Positions 27,180-35,630 of a DNA stretch of 46,387 bases are shown here, one piece after another. The notes under the pieces are model-generated. The model did no database searches and was not told the DNA's origin. It was given only the letters and a program-made list of their open reading frames with translations. The position numbers were made by a program, and so were the translations under genes. Each line of letters opens with the position of its first letter. The stretch's first letter is position 1. The DNA lies in assembly GCA_020439285.1 (NCBI GenBank), contig JAGQSZ010000002.1, positions 3,917-50,303 of the forward strand, in the 5' to 3' direction. The stretch is from Microthrixaceae bacterium. GTDB taxonomy: Bacteria; Actinomycetota; Acidimicrobiia; Acidimicrobiales; Microtrichaceae.

Positions 27180-27959
27180 TCAGAAGACCACTGTCGCTGC
27201 GTTGGCGACCGCAATGAGAACCAGCGTGACTGCAAAGGCTTGGGCCGACCGCTTCGGATCAAGTCGCTTGGCAAGCAACGCTCCGCCCATGCTGCCAATG
27301 AGCATGGGAACAGTGAATGCACCAGCAGTTGGCCAGTCAACTGAGTCCACTCCTCGGACAACCATTGCAACTGCCGCATTACCGGCAATGACAGCAAGCG
27401 AGGTCGCTACCGATTCGGGCATGTCCAAGCCGATGAATATGGCGAGCACGGGGACGATCACGAAGCCACCACCGACCCCGAACAGTCCCGTTAGGAACCC
27501 GACCGTTACACCCGCAACGGCGAATACGAGCATTCGCTCTGCTAACGGTGTGCTCTTGGACAGCCTGTCTGGGGAAGCCGCTCTGTAATCGGAGGTGGCG
27601 ACCTCTACGTTGGATGCGAACATCCGGTAGGCGGCCAGAAGCATCAACATCGAGAATCCAATCAGCAGCCATCCTCCGTCTATGCGGCGACCGAGTGCTG
27701 CACCGGCTATTGATCCAAGTGCTCCGGCTGTAACGAACCAAGCCGTTATATCCCACCGAATGTGGTTACGGTGCCCCGACGAAAGTGCTGCCACCAGAGC
27801 AGCTGCACCGACTGCCACCAACGAGGTCGCCGTGGCTTCGTGAACGCCCAGTCCAAGAATGTGGACCAGGACCGGCACTGCCAGTATCGACCCTCCGGCC
27901 CCAAGGGCACCCAAGGTCAAACCGATGATCGCTCCGAAGAGCACCGCCAGAATGATCAC
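27180..27959 (-). CDS. TauE/SafE-family sulfite/organosulfonate exporter
   Basis: 259 aa, about eight TM helices, Gly-rich repeats (LGALGAGGSILAVP, GLFGVGGGFVIVP). ATGA overlap with the upstream gene. Confidence 0.8.
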   Translation of the reverse strand: MIILAVLFGAIIGLTLGALGAGGSILAVPVLVHILGLGVHEATATSLVAVGAAALVAALSSGHRNHIRWDITAWFVTAGALGSIAGAALGRRIDGGWLLIGFSMLMLLAAYRMFASNVEVATSDYRAASPDRLSKSTPLAERMLVFAVAGVTVGFLTGLFGVGGGFVIVPVLAIFIGLDMPESVATSLAVIAGNAAVAMVVRGVDSVDWPTAGAFTVPMLIGSMGGALLAKRLDPKRSAQAFAVTLVLIAVANAATVVF

Positions 27960-29398
27960 TGGACAGGAGTCACCAGACAGGTTGCATCGACACCGAGAGC
28001 CATCGCTCCACCGAGCACGTCAGAGACGTCGGTAAACCCATTTGCCATCAACAAGCTGCTAGCGATTGCCGAGCGGGCACCGCCTGCGCAGACCAACACG
28101 ACTGGCTCATCGGGTTTCAACGTTGTCAGCTCAGCACTCAATCGAGCGAGGGGAATGTTCTGTGCCCCTTCCACCTCAGCATCTTCGACCTCCCCCGGAT
28201 TCCGTACGTCAATGAACTGCAATCGATCGCCGAGGGACTCACGACGTTCTGCCAAGTCTGCTGCGGTCAGACGAGACATGCGATCAGCCCGATCCGGGTG
28301 GGCAGCGAGCACGGAGGACACATCAGCCAAAACGCCGACAATCCGATCGAAGCCAATTCGAGCGAGTCTTGTGCGGGCCTCAGCGGCTGCAGGTGCGTCA
28401 CCGACGAGCACCACCTCGGCCCCAAATGGCACGACACTGCCTACCTGTTCGGCAAATCTTCCGTCCAGGCTGACATGGAGCGAGCCAGACAGATGCCCGG
28501 CTGCGAACTCGTTGACTGGACGAGTATCAACGACCGTCGCTCCCCGACTGACGGCGGAATCCACTTCAGCAAGATCAAGCACGGTCACCGGCTCGGTCTC
28601 ATCGAGCAAAGGCCGGTCCAGACGGTTCAGTTTCGCGTCATGACCGAAATAGCCCGGGGCGGCGGGTTGCCCCTCGGTGACAATCTCGATGAACTGTTCT
28701 CTGGTCATTGTCGGGGCGAGCGCGTAGTTGGTATCTCTTTGCACACCAATTGTGGACACGGTCTCGCTCGATAGCGACTTGCCACAAGCAGACCCTGCTC
28801 CGTGTGCCGGCAGAACCAGCGTCTCAGCAGGTAGGCCTGCCAGCCTGTTGACTGAGTCGAAAAGCCTCGAAGCCAGTTCGGCCGCCGGAATATCCGCAGC
28901 TACCAACAGGTCCGGGCGGCCGACATCGCCGATGAACAACGCGTCACCCGTCAGCACCGCAATAGGAGGTTGCCCATGCCCGACATGGATCACCAAGGAG
29001 ATCGATTCGGGGGTGTGCCCTGGAGTTGACCAGACCTCGATTTGAACGTTGCCGAGGTCAATCACCTCACCGTCACGAAGGGCACGGGATGGAAATTCGG
29101 TGCTCGCTGCCTCTCCGTAACCGATCTCGGCTCCGGTAGCATCCGCCATCTCCAAGTGTCCCGAAATGAAGTCTGCGTGGAAGTGAGTCTGGACGACCAA
29201 CTCGACCTTCAGGCCTTCAGATGCTGCAACCCCGAGCACTTCATCGATGTCACGTCGCGGGTCGACAACGATCGCCCGACCCGTGGAGCGGTCACCGACT
29301 AGGTACGCCGCCTGGGACAGACAGCCCAAGTAGAACTGGTGGATTACGAGGGGTTCGGTCAGGCCTTCGAGCGATACCGAGGATTGTGTGTCTGTCAT
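27956..29398 (-). CDS. CstB-like persulfide dioxygenase (MBL fold) fused to two rhodanese domains
   Basis: MBL motifs HFHADFISGH, TPGHTPES, GDALFIGDVGRPD. The middle rhodanese lacks Cys. The C-terminal rhodanese has the active loop VCAGGARS. Confidence 0.85.
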   Translation of the reverse strand: MTDTQSSVSLEGLTEPLVIHQFYLGCLSQAAYLVGDRSTGRAIVVDPRRDIDEVLGVAASEGLKVELVVQTHFHADFISGHLEMADATGAEIGYGEAASTEFPSRALRDGEVIDLGNVQIEVWSTPGHTPESISLVIHVGHGQPPIAVLTGDALFIGDVGRPDLLVAADIPAAELASRLFDSVNRLAGLPAETLVLPAHGAGSACGKSLSSETVSTIGVQRDTNYALAPTMTREQFIEIVTEGQPAAPGYFGHDAKLNRLDRPLLDETEPVTVLDLAEVDSAVSRGATVVDTRPVNEFAAGHLSGSLHVSLDGRFAEQVGSVVPFGAEVVLVGDAPAAAEARTRLARIGFDRIVGVLADVSSVLAAHPDRADRMSRLTAADLAERRESLGDRLQFIDVRNPGEVEDAEVEGAQNIPLARLSAELTTLKPDEPVVLVCAGGARSAIASSLLMANGFTDVSDVLGGAMALGVDATCLVTPVQ

Positions 29399-29496
29399 GG
29401 TCCTGTTCCAATCTCTGGTCCCGGTAGGCGGCTACCAGAATCCTTCCCTGTTATTGGGTTCCGATGTCGGGCAGGTGCTTGAACACACACCGCACC

Positions 29497-29537
29497 GTAT
29501 ACCCCATGGAGTATAGCGTATACCCCAAGGGGTATAC
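29497..29537. promoter_or_regulatory. Two tandem CsoR/CstR-type palindromic operators
   Basis: Site 1 is GTATACCCCATGGAGTATAG (29497-29516). Site 2 is GTATACCCCAAGGGGTATAC (29518-29537, perfect 9-bp arms). Their centres are 21 bp apart, in the divergent intergenic region between 29398(-) and 29589(+). Confidence 0.7.
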
Positions 29538-29588
29538 AGATCACGGGGCTACATACGGCTGACCAACGCGATTAGGTTCATTGCCACG

Positions 29589-30128
29589 ATGTCCAACCCA
29601 TTGCTTTGGCCCTACGACGATCTAATCCATGCCTACTGGGTAGAACCACGATCGATCCTTGCCGGCGAGTATCCGGGAAATGCTGACCCGATGAAAGCAC
29701 GGACCAAGATCGAGTTGCTTTGCGACAACGGCATTCGAACCTTCATTGACCTGACCCAACCAGCCGATGGTCTAACGCCTTATGACTCCACACTGGATGC
29801 CGTAGGACTGAGTCGCGGGGTGGATCTCGTTCGAATCCCCCACCCGATCCCGGACATGGGTGTCCTGCCCACCAATCAGTACGACGACATCCTCGAAAGC
29901 GTGCATCGATCCGCTGACAATGGTGGCGTCTACATCCACTGCTGGGGAGGCATAGGCAGAACCGCAACCGTCGTCGGATGCCTGTTCGTCGAAATGGGTT
30001 TGAGTGGAGAGGGCGCCATGCGAACGATCAAGGAGCGTCGGGCGGACACGCGTAAGGCCAATATGCGAGCACCCCAGACACACCAACAACGAGACGTCAT
30101 CTTCCAACGGGCCGCGAAACGGCCATAG
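29589..30128 (+). CDS. Cys-based (CX5R) dual-specificity / protein-tyrosine-phosphatase-like protein
   Basis: P-loop signature VYIHCWGGIGRTATV (HCxxGxxRT). 179 aa. Confidence 0.75.
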   Translation: MSNPLLWPYDDLIHAYWVEPRSILAGEYPGNADPMKARTKIELLCDNGIRTFIDLTQPADGLTPYDSTLDAVGLSRGVDLVRIPHPIPDMGVLPTNQYDDILESVHRSADNGGVYIHCWGGIGRTATVVGCLFVEMGLSGEGAMRTIKERRADTRKANMRAPQTHQQRDVIFQRAAKRP

Positions 30129-30313
30129 GCCCGACCTGCACTCGAGTTGCCGCACGCGCCTGACATTCAACCCGGTCGTCGGGTCCGATGAGTCCCGGTT
30201 CGATTAATGCGACGGCATTCTGGCCCGATACCGGAATACCATGTGTGGCGGTCGAACCCAGGGGGCCAGGGGGGTCAACGGGCAGGGTCGACCCCCGACG
30301 AAAGCGAGCAGCC

Positions 30314-30751
30314 ATGACTACGGTTCTCCGTCAAATTCCCGCATCTGCGCAGACTCTCCTGGGCTCTGACGCACTCGCCCATGTCGTGACTCTGGACCGC
30401 AACGGACTACCTCAGGTGTCCGTCGTTTGGTGCGGGGTCCGAGACAACGACGTCCTGTTCTGCACCGAGGGAGGTTCGGCCAAGGTCCGCAACATCAAGC
30501 AGAATCCTCGGGTCGTTCTCTCGATCGAGGACGAAATGCGTAACGCTGCAGGCACCCAGCATCATCTGGTCATCCATGGCGTTGCAGAGGTCCTAGGACC
30601 AGTGGACCCTGAACTATGTGACCAACTGTGCGCCGTGTACGCGGGTCACCGTGACCATCCGATAAACCTCCGCAAGTCTCCGACTGCTGTGACAGTCGCC
30701 GTTCACGTGGAGAGGATCGGCGGCAACGGCCCTTGGGCACACGGGGACTGA
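30314..30751 (+). CDS. PPOX-class (pyridoxamine-5'-phosphate-oxidase-like) probable F420-dependent enzyme
   Basis: LAHVVTLDRNGLPQVSVVW...KVRNIKQNPRVVLSI, typical of the split-barrel PPOX/F420 class. Start at ATG 30314 (MTTVLRQ). Confidence 0.7.
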   Translation: MTTVLRQIPASAQTLLGSDALAHVVTLDRNGLPQVSVVWCGVRDNDVLFCTEGGSAKVRNIKQNPRVVLSIEDEMRNAAGTQHHLVIHGVAEVLGPVDPELCDQLCAVYAGHRDHPINLRKSPTAVTVAVHVERIGGNGPWAHGD

Positions 30752-30769
30752 TTGAGCGTCCAACTCGAA

Positions 30770-31681
30770 TCAGCGAAGCATCTCCACACGACGAGCACAC
30801 GCTTGGGTGAATAGGTCCTCTGCTCCCGCAGACAGAGACAAGAACAACGAGGGCTCGAACAGTTCTGCCTCGATGAGGGCGACTGTTCCGTCGTCTAGTT
30901 CGACCATGTCGAATCGGCCATAAAGTGGCATGGCACCGTCGGGCAGCCAGTCACGCTCCCGTGCGATCTCTGTGGACGCGCGAAGTGCGCTATTAGCCAC
31001 GTCCAATTCGACATCTGTTGGCTGATGGAGGCTGACGTTCTCCTGATAAACACCCCCGATCAGCCCGCCACCTTTTTCAAGGATCGGCCCCTTGCGAAGA
31101 CAGTGAGACAGCGCGCCATCAAAGAAGACAGCCGAGATCTCTCCAACTGTTGCGACTGAGGAGACGAAGGGTTCCACGATCACCTTCACACCCTCGGTGA
31201 GAATTTCATGCGCCAGGCCGAGCGCTGCTGGATCGTCTGCGACGAACCACCCGGTCAAACGACTACCGGCAGATACGACAGGCTTGATCACGGCATCGGT
31301 CGAGCCGAGTGCATTCAACGCCGCGGCAACTTGATCGATATTTTCGGCAACCACGGTCCGAACAACTGGAACTCCCCGCGATTCGAGTTCCAAGAGATAG
31401 CCCTTGTCGAGATTCCAGCGAATAAGTGCTGCCGGGTTCTGAAGCTGACCCAGGCCAGCGACCCGGTCGAGCCAGGCGAGGAACTCCGCTGAGCGCGTCG
31501 CGTAGTCCCATGGCGATCGGATCACGACGAGGTCATATGCATCCCACTGGACTGTCGGATCGGTCCAGTAGCGGTACTCGAGATCAATTCCGCGCCGAGC
31601 GAACGACGCCTCATGAAACGGACGGTCGACATCCTCATCCCGAATGTGGTCACCTTCTGCAGTTACGAACGCTACGTGCAC
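30770..31681 (-). CDS. ATP-grasp ligase (RimK/glutathione-synthetase-like)
   Basis: 303 aa. Pre-ATP-grasp N-domain (YDLVVIRSPWDY...FLAWL), central IKPVVSAGS, and C-terminal ...GRFDMVELDDGTVALIEAELFEPSLF resembling the Mg-ATP site. Confidence 0.6.
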   Translation of the reverse strand: MHVAFVTAEGDHIRDEDVDRPFHEASFARRGIDLEYRYWTDPTVQWDAYDLVVIRSPWDYATRSAEFLAWLDRVAGLGQLQNPAALIRWNLDKGYLLELESRGVPVVRTVVAENIDQVAAALNALGSTDAVIKPVVSAGSRLTGWFVADDPAALGLAHEILTEGVKVIVEPFVSSVATVGEISAVFFDGALSHCLRKGPILEKGGGLIGGVYQENVSLHQPTDVELDVANSALRASTEIARERDWLPDGAMPLYGRFDMVELDDGTVALIEAELFEPSLFLSLSAGAEDLFTQACARRVEMLR

Positions 31682-31786
31682 ACACCATTGTTAGTTCACC
31701 TGCGATATCTCAGATCAACTCGCCGGCCAGAGGGGGTTCCCTAGCTACAGGACGGTGACATGCCGTGACATCGCCCGGATCTACAT

Positions 31787-31802
31787 ATACCCTATGGGGT
31801 AT
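31787..31802. promoter_or_regulatory. CsoR/CstR-type operator (third copy)
   Basis: ATACCC-TATG-GGGTAT. The extended ATATACCCTATGGGGTATGT overlaps ATG 31801. Confidence 0.65.
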
Positions 31803-31959
31803 GTGTTCACGTGTGACTTGCCCAACCTGTAATCGTCCTACATTCGCTGGGTGCGGTATGCATGTCGAGCAGGTGCTCGGCGATGTGCCGCCGGCCGAAC
31901 GCTGCCAATGTGGAACCAACCCCGCGCCTTCCAGCGCACAGCACCAAAGACGTCGCTGA
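31801..31959 (+). CDS. Small Cys-rich protein (52 aa; 6 Cys, CPTC...GCG.H...CQC)
   Basis: MCSRVTCPTCNRPTFAGCGMHVEQVLGDVPPAERCQCGTNPAPSSAQHQRRR. An alternative GTG start lies at 31765. It sits immediately downstream of, and overlapping, the operator. Confidence 0.55.
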   Translation: MCSRVTCPTCNRPTFAGCGMHVEQVLGDVPPAERCQCGTNPAPSSAQHQRRR

Positions 31960-31964
31960 ACCCG

Positions 31965-33314
31965 GTGACGAATTCCCAACCAGCGTCATTTGACGGATCC
32001 AAGGACGACGCCGCTCAACGTCGAGTCATCAGGACCTTGGTCGGGGCCCAAATACTTTCGGGTGCAGGCCTCGCTGCCGGAGTCTCGGTGGGCGCCCTGC
32101 TGGCTCAGGACATGTTCGGATCGGAGGGACTCGCCGGCGTTCCTGCCGCGTTGTTCACCATTGGCTCGGCAGGTGCCGCTGTAGCAGTCGGCAGAACATC
32201 AGACCGCCACGGGCGAAGGCGTGGACTAAGTCTCGGGTATGCGACCGGAGCTTTGGGAGCAATCCTGATAGTTGCGGCAGCAAGCATTGGTTCAACCGCA
32301 TTGCTGTTGCCATCACTGTTGATATACGGCGCTGGAACTGCAACCAATCTTCAGGCCCGATACGCCGGAGCTGACCTAGCGACGCCCGAGCACAGCGCTC
32401 GAGCCATAAGCACCGTCCTGGTAGCCACGACAATTGGTGCCGTGGTGGGGCCGAACATGATTTCCCCCATGGGCAACCTCGCTGAGGCCGTCGGAGTCCC
32501 GCGACTTGCAGGGCCATTCCTTCTCGCAGCTGCCGCCTATGGGCTCGCTGCCGTAGTACTTCAAACACGCCTGCATCCCGATCCGCTTCTGCTGGCACGC
32601 GAGCGAGCATTGAAATCGGCCGAGGCGATTCCGGTTCAAGTGACAGGACATGATGCGGATGGGGCTCATGCACCAGATGGAGCCGCTGCGCATTCAGTCG
32701 GGGATAGACCATCCCGCGAGTCAATGCAGCGCAGGGTTCTACTCGGCGGATTCGTGATGGTGGTCGCCCAGATCGTCATGGCAGCAATCATGACCATGAC
32801 GCCGGTCCACATGCGTGCCCACGGGCACGGCCTGGCTGCGTCCGGTGTAGTCATCGCCGCTCATATCGCCGGCATGTACCTACCCTCTCCCCTGACGGGC
32901 CGCCTCGTCGACAGATTCGGAGCATCCGCAATTGCGATCGCGTCCGGCGTCACACTCGCGATCTCGGGCCTGATGGCCGCAGCCACCCCATCCTCATCAG
33001 TAATCGGACTCGGGGCGGCACTTACAGTCCTGGGCCTCGGGTGGAACCTGGGCCTGTTGAGCGGCACCTCGATTGTCACCGACGCGGTTCCCATCGAAGT
33101 CCGTGCACGTACACAGGGGTCGGTCGATCTGTCCATTGCGATCGCCGGCACAACAGGGGGCCTCGGCTCGGGTGTCGTCGTGGCGTCGAGTTCCTATCCG
33201 ATGCTTGCGATGGTCGGAGCCGTGATCGCTATCGCCGTCCTTCCGATAGTCGCGTTCACGACTCGCTCGCCACGCAACGACCGGGTCAGCCGTGCTGCCA
33301 GATCCTCTGTTTGA
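31965..33314 (+). CDS. MFS transporter (12-TM type)
   Basis: Hydrophobic profile with the GRTSDRHGRRRG loop between TM2 and TM3 (MFS motif A-like). The start is uncertain: GTG 31965 lies 6 nt after the small-ORF stop, ATG 31908 is an alternative, and the ORF-track 31851 is an over-extension. Confidence 0.8.
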   Translation: MTNSQPASFDGSKDDAAQRRVIRTLVGAQILSGAGLAAGVSVGALLAQDMFGSEGLAGVPAALFTIGSAGAAVAVGRTSDRHGRRRGLSLGYATGALGAILIVAAASIGSTALLLPSLLIYGAGTATNLQARYAGADLATPEHSARAISTVLVATTIGAVVGPNMISPMGNLAEAVGVPRLAGPFLLAAAAYGLAAVVLQTRLHPDPLLLARERALKSAEAIPVQVTGHDADGAHAPDGAAAHSVGDRPSRESMQRRVLLGGFVMVVAQIVMAAIMTMTPVHMRAHGHGLAASGVVIAAHIAGMYLPSPLTGRLVDRFGASAIAIASGVTLAISGLMAAATPSSSVIGLGAALTVLGLGWNLGLLSGTSIVTDAVPIEVRARTQGSVDLSIAIAGTTGGLGSGVVVASSSYPMLAMVGAVIAIAVLPIVAFTTRSPRNDRVSRAARSSV

Positions 33315-34326
33315 GCGTCCGCTGCCCTTCTAGTGCCACAGCATCGATCCGCTCGGTTTGCTCCGGAGTCAATCCCCAACCGAGGGCGCCAGCGTTCTGA
33401 GCTGCCTGAGCGGCGTTCTTCGCTCCGGGGATCGGTACCGCTCCCTTTTCGATGATCCAACGCAGGGCAACCTGCCCCGGGCTCCGCGTACCATCACCTG
33501 CGCCGTCGGCTGTGCCCATCCCACGGAGTTCGGTACCGATCTCGCGCAGCACTTGAACGACCGGATCGACCTGGTCCATCGGGAAAGCCGAGAACGACCT
33601 CTTGCCCGGCGGCGGATTCGAAGCCGAGTACTTTCCGGTGAGTCTCCCTTGGCCAAGTGGAGAATACGCGAGTGGCAGAACGCCCAGCTCACGACAGGCG
33701 CCTATGAGCCCGGAAGTCTCCGGTCGCCGACGCAGCGGTGAGAACTCGATCTGATTCGACGCGAGGGCAATGCCACGCTTGGCGAGTTCGGTGTGGATCT
33801 TGGTCATCTCGCTAACGGAATAGTTGGATACGCCTACTGCCGCCACCAGACCCTCCGAACAGACCTCAGCCAAAGCCTCGGCCAACGCCCCATGTGACCG
33901 CAGGCTTATCGGACCGTGCAATTGATAGAGGTCGATCTGATCGATACCGAGCCGTTCGAGCGAACCAACCGCTGCCTTACGCAGGGCGGCTCGAACATTC
34001 AGCTTCTGTGGAGATGGAAAGAACTTCGTTGCTATTACAACGTCGTTCCTCTGTGACGGGTCATTCGCCAGGAGGCGGCCGATGATCCGTTCGCTCTCCC
34101 CTCCGCCGTAGACCTCGGCGGTGTCGAACAGGGTTACTCCACCAGCGATGGACGTCTCCCATGCGCGCTCTATCGACTCCTGCGAGAGGTTGGCGTCGTA
34201 TCCGCCCATGCCCCACACATCCCGGTCGCCCCACGCCCATGTCCCAACTCCGAGTGGAGCGAACGATTTGGAGCATCCCGGAAATTCCACCAATGCGTTT
34301 CGGTCGTCGGTCTCATCAGCGGCCAT
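33286..34326 (-). CDS. Aldo/keto reductase
   Basis: LGVGTWAWG, FDTAEVYGGGESE, IDLYQLHGP and a C-terminal ...VPIPGAKN. The start is uncertain (ATG 34326 or 34338). The 3' end overlaps the convergent MFS by 29 nt. Confidence 0.85.
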   Translation of the reverse strand: MAADETDDRNALVEFPGCSKSFAPLGVGTWAWGDRDVWGMGGYDANLSQESIERAWETSIAGGVTLFDTAEVYGGGESERIIGRLLANDPSQRNDVVIATKFFPSPQKLNVRAALRKAAVGSLERLGIDQIDLYQLHGPISLRSHGALAEALAEVCSEGLVAAVGVSNYSVSEMTKIHTELAKRGIALASNQIEFSPLRRRPETSGLIGACRELGVLPLAYSPLGQGRLTGKYSASNPPPGKRSFSAFPMDQVDPVVQVLREIGTELRGMGTADGAGDGTRSPGQVALRWIIEKGAVPIPGAKNAAQAAQNAGALGWGLTPEQTERIDAVALEGQRTLKQRIWQHG

Positions 34327-34368
34327 GCCAACAAGCATGGCCGGACACACAACCAACGCCGGGGATTC

Positions 34369-35187
34369 TCACGCCTTGCCGGATGCCCTAGTCGTCACCC
34401 GACCGATCAATCCAGACCTCCCAGGCATGACCCGACACATCAAATCCACGAACCTGGCGTCTGGCCCTACGACTGTCCTGGCCCGATCGTGTTCTATTGC
34501 TTTGACGATCTTCGACGCAGCAGCAGACGGCGGCCGCATGACCAGTGGAGCAAACCTGGACTTGCCCATCGTCGCGAGTTTGGCTGATTCGGTTCCCCTG
34601 GCGGTGTTGGTGATGTTGGTTCGGATGGCTCCGGGGAACACTGCGGTCACCCCGATATTGGTGGTGATCAGCTCCGAACGCAGAGCCTCCGTGAAGGACC
34701 TGACGGCTCCCTTGGTGAGTGAATACGACACGTTGTGGCCGAGCCCAAGCAGCCCGACCATGCTCGACAGGTTGACGATGTGGGCTTCTTCGGCCTGGCG
34801 GAGCAGAGGCAGAAAAGCCCGACAGCCGTGCACGACTCCCCAGACATTGATGTCCATGATCCAGTTGAGGTCTTCGAGCGTTTCGTCCTCGAATGCCCCA
34901 GCGGAGGTGACTCCGGCGTTGTTGATCAGGATGTGGCACGCTCCGTGCTCACTCTCTACCTCGCCAGGTAGCTCTCCGATACGCATTGCGTCGCGGGTGT
35001 CGGCAACGTGGACACTTGCTCTCTGACCGCGGCGGCGCACCTCATCGGCGGTTTCATTCGCGCCGGTCTCGTTGATATCGACCACGGCGACGGCGCAGCC
35101 ACGCTCAGCCAACAGGAGCGATGTGGCGCGACCGATCCCACTGCCGGCGCCTGTTACGACTGCAGTGCGGCCAGCGAGTCGTTTCAT
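34369..35187 (-). CDS. SDR-family oxidoreductase
   Basis: TGAGSGIGRA, NNAG and YSLTK. The ATG overlaps the upstream TGA by 1 nt. Confidence 0.85.
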   Translation of the reverse strand: MKRLAGRTAVVTGAGSGIGRATSLLLAERGCAVAVVDINETGANETADEVRRRGQRASVHVADTRDAMRIGELPGEVESEHGACHILINNAGVTSAGAFEDETLEDLNWIMDINVWGVVHGCRAFLPLLRQAEEAHIVNLSSMVGLLGLGHNVSYSLTKGAVRSFTEALRSELITTNIGVTAVFPGAIRTNITNTARGTESAKLATMGKSRFAPLVMRPPSAAASKIVKAIEHDRARTVVGPDARFVDLMCRVMPGRSGLIGRVTTRASGKA

Positions 35188-35630
35188 CACACGTCTCCCG
35201 GTTCGAGCACGAACAGAGGAATGATCCGGTCGGTGGACGACTGATAGACGTCGTAGTCAGACCACACGCTGGTGGCCAATTCCCACCACGTGGCCTTCTC
35301 TTCCGCATCGGTTACTTCGCGTGCCACGTACTCGTTGACCTGCGCACCGTCACGCAGTTGCACCCGAGGCTCAGCGCGCAGGTTGTAGACCCATTTCGGA
35401 TTGTTGGGCGCTCCGCCAACAGAACCGATGACCACGTAGTTGGTTCCGTCGGTTACGCGGATCAGCGGCGTCTTGCGAAGATTCCCGCTACGGGCGCCGA
35501 TGCTGGTGAGTATCACGCAGGCGCCTCCCATGAAGTCGCCGCCTTCAACACCGTCGGTGCTTTCGTAGAGTTCGACCTGCTCGGCAATTGGTTCCCATGG
35601 ACTCGGCTCGTACTGACGATCGAAAATCAT
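35187..35630 (-). CDS. Ddn-like deazaflavin (F420H2)-dependent nitroreductase/quinone-reductase family protein
   Basis: ILTSIGARSGNLRKTPLIRV...VIGSVGGAPNNPKWVYNLRA..., the hallmark of the PF04075 family. Confidence 0.85.
   Translation of the reverse strand: MIFDRQYEPSPWEPIAEQVELYESTDGVEGGDFMGGACVILTSIGARSGNLRKTPLIRVTDGTNYVVIGSVGGAPNNPKWVYNLRAEPRVQLRDGAQVNEYVAREVTDAEEKATWWELATSVWSDYDVYQSSTDRIIPLFVLEPGDV

Noticed and set aside
29506-29562. 18-codon ORF (MEYSVYPKGYTDHGATYG) starting at the ATG inside operator site 1.
   Set aside because: It has no SD sequence and is composed largely of operator sequence. It is most likely a coincidence of the CATGG palindrome centre.
30129-30313. A 185-nt gap before the PPOX gene containing a GGGGGTC-(13 nt)-GACCCCC hairpin; I considered a riboswitch or sRNA.
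   Set aside because: I recognise no known riboswitch consensus. A single short GC hairpin is insufficient evidence.
30770-31959. Graspetide (omega-ester RiPP) locus: ATP-grasp ligase next to a small precursor peptide.
   Set aside because: The 52-aa peptide has no Lys, few acidic residues, and no Thr/Ser-x-Asp/Glu repeat core. The ligase looks RimK/GshB-like rather than MdnB/C-like by eye. I kept only the generic 'ligase plus Cys-rich peptide' hypothesis.
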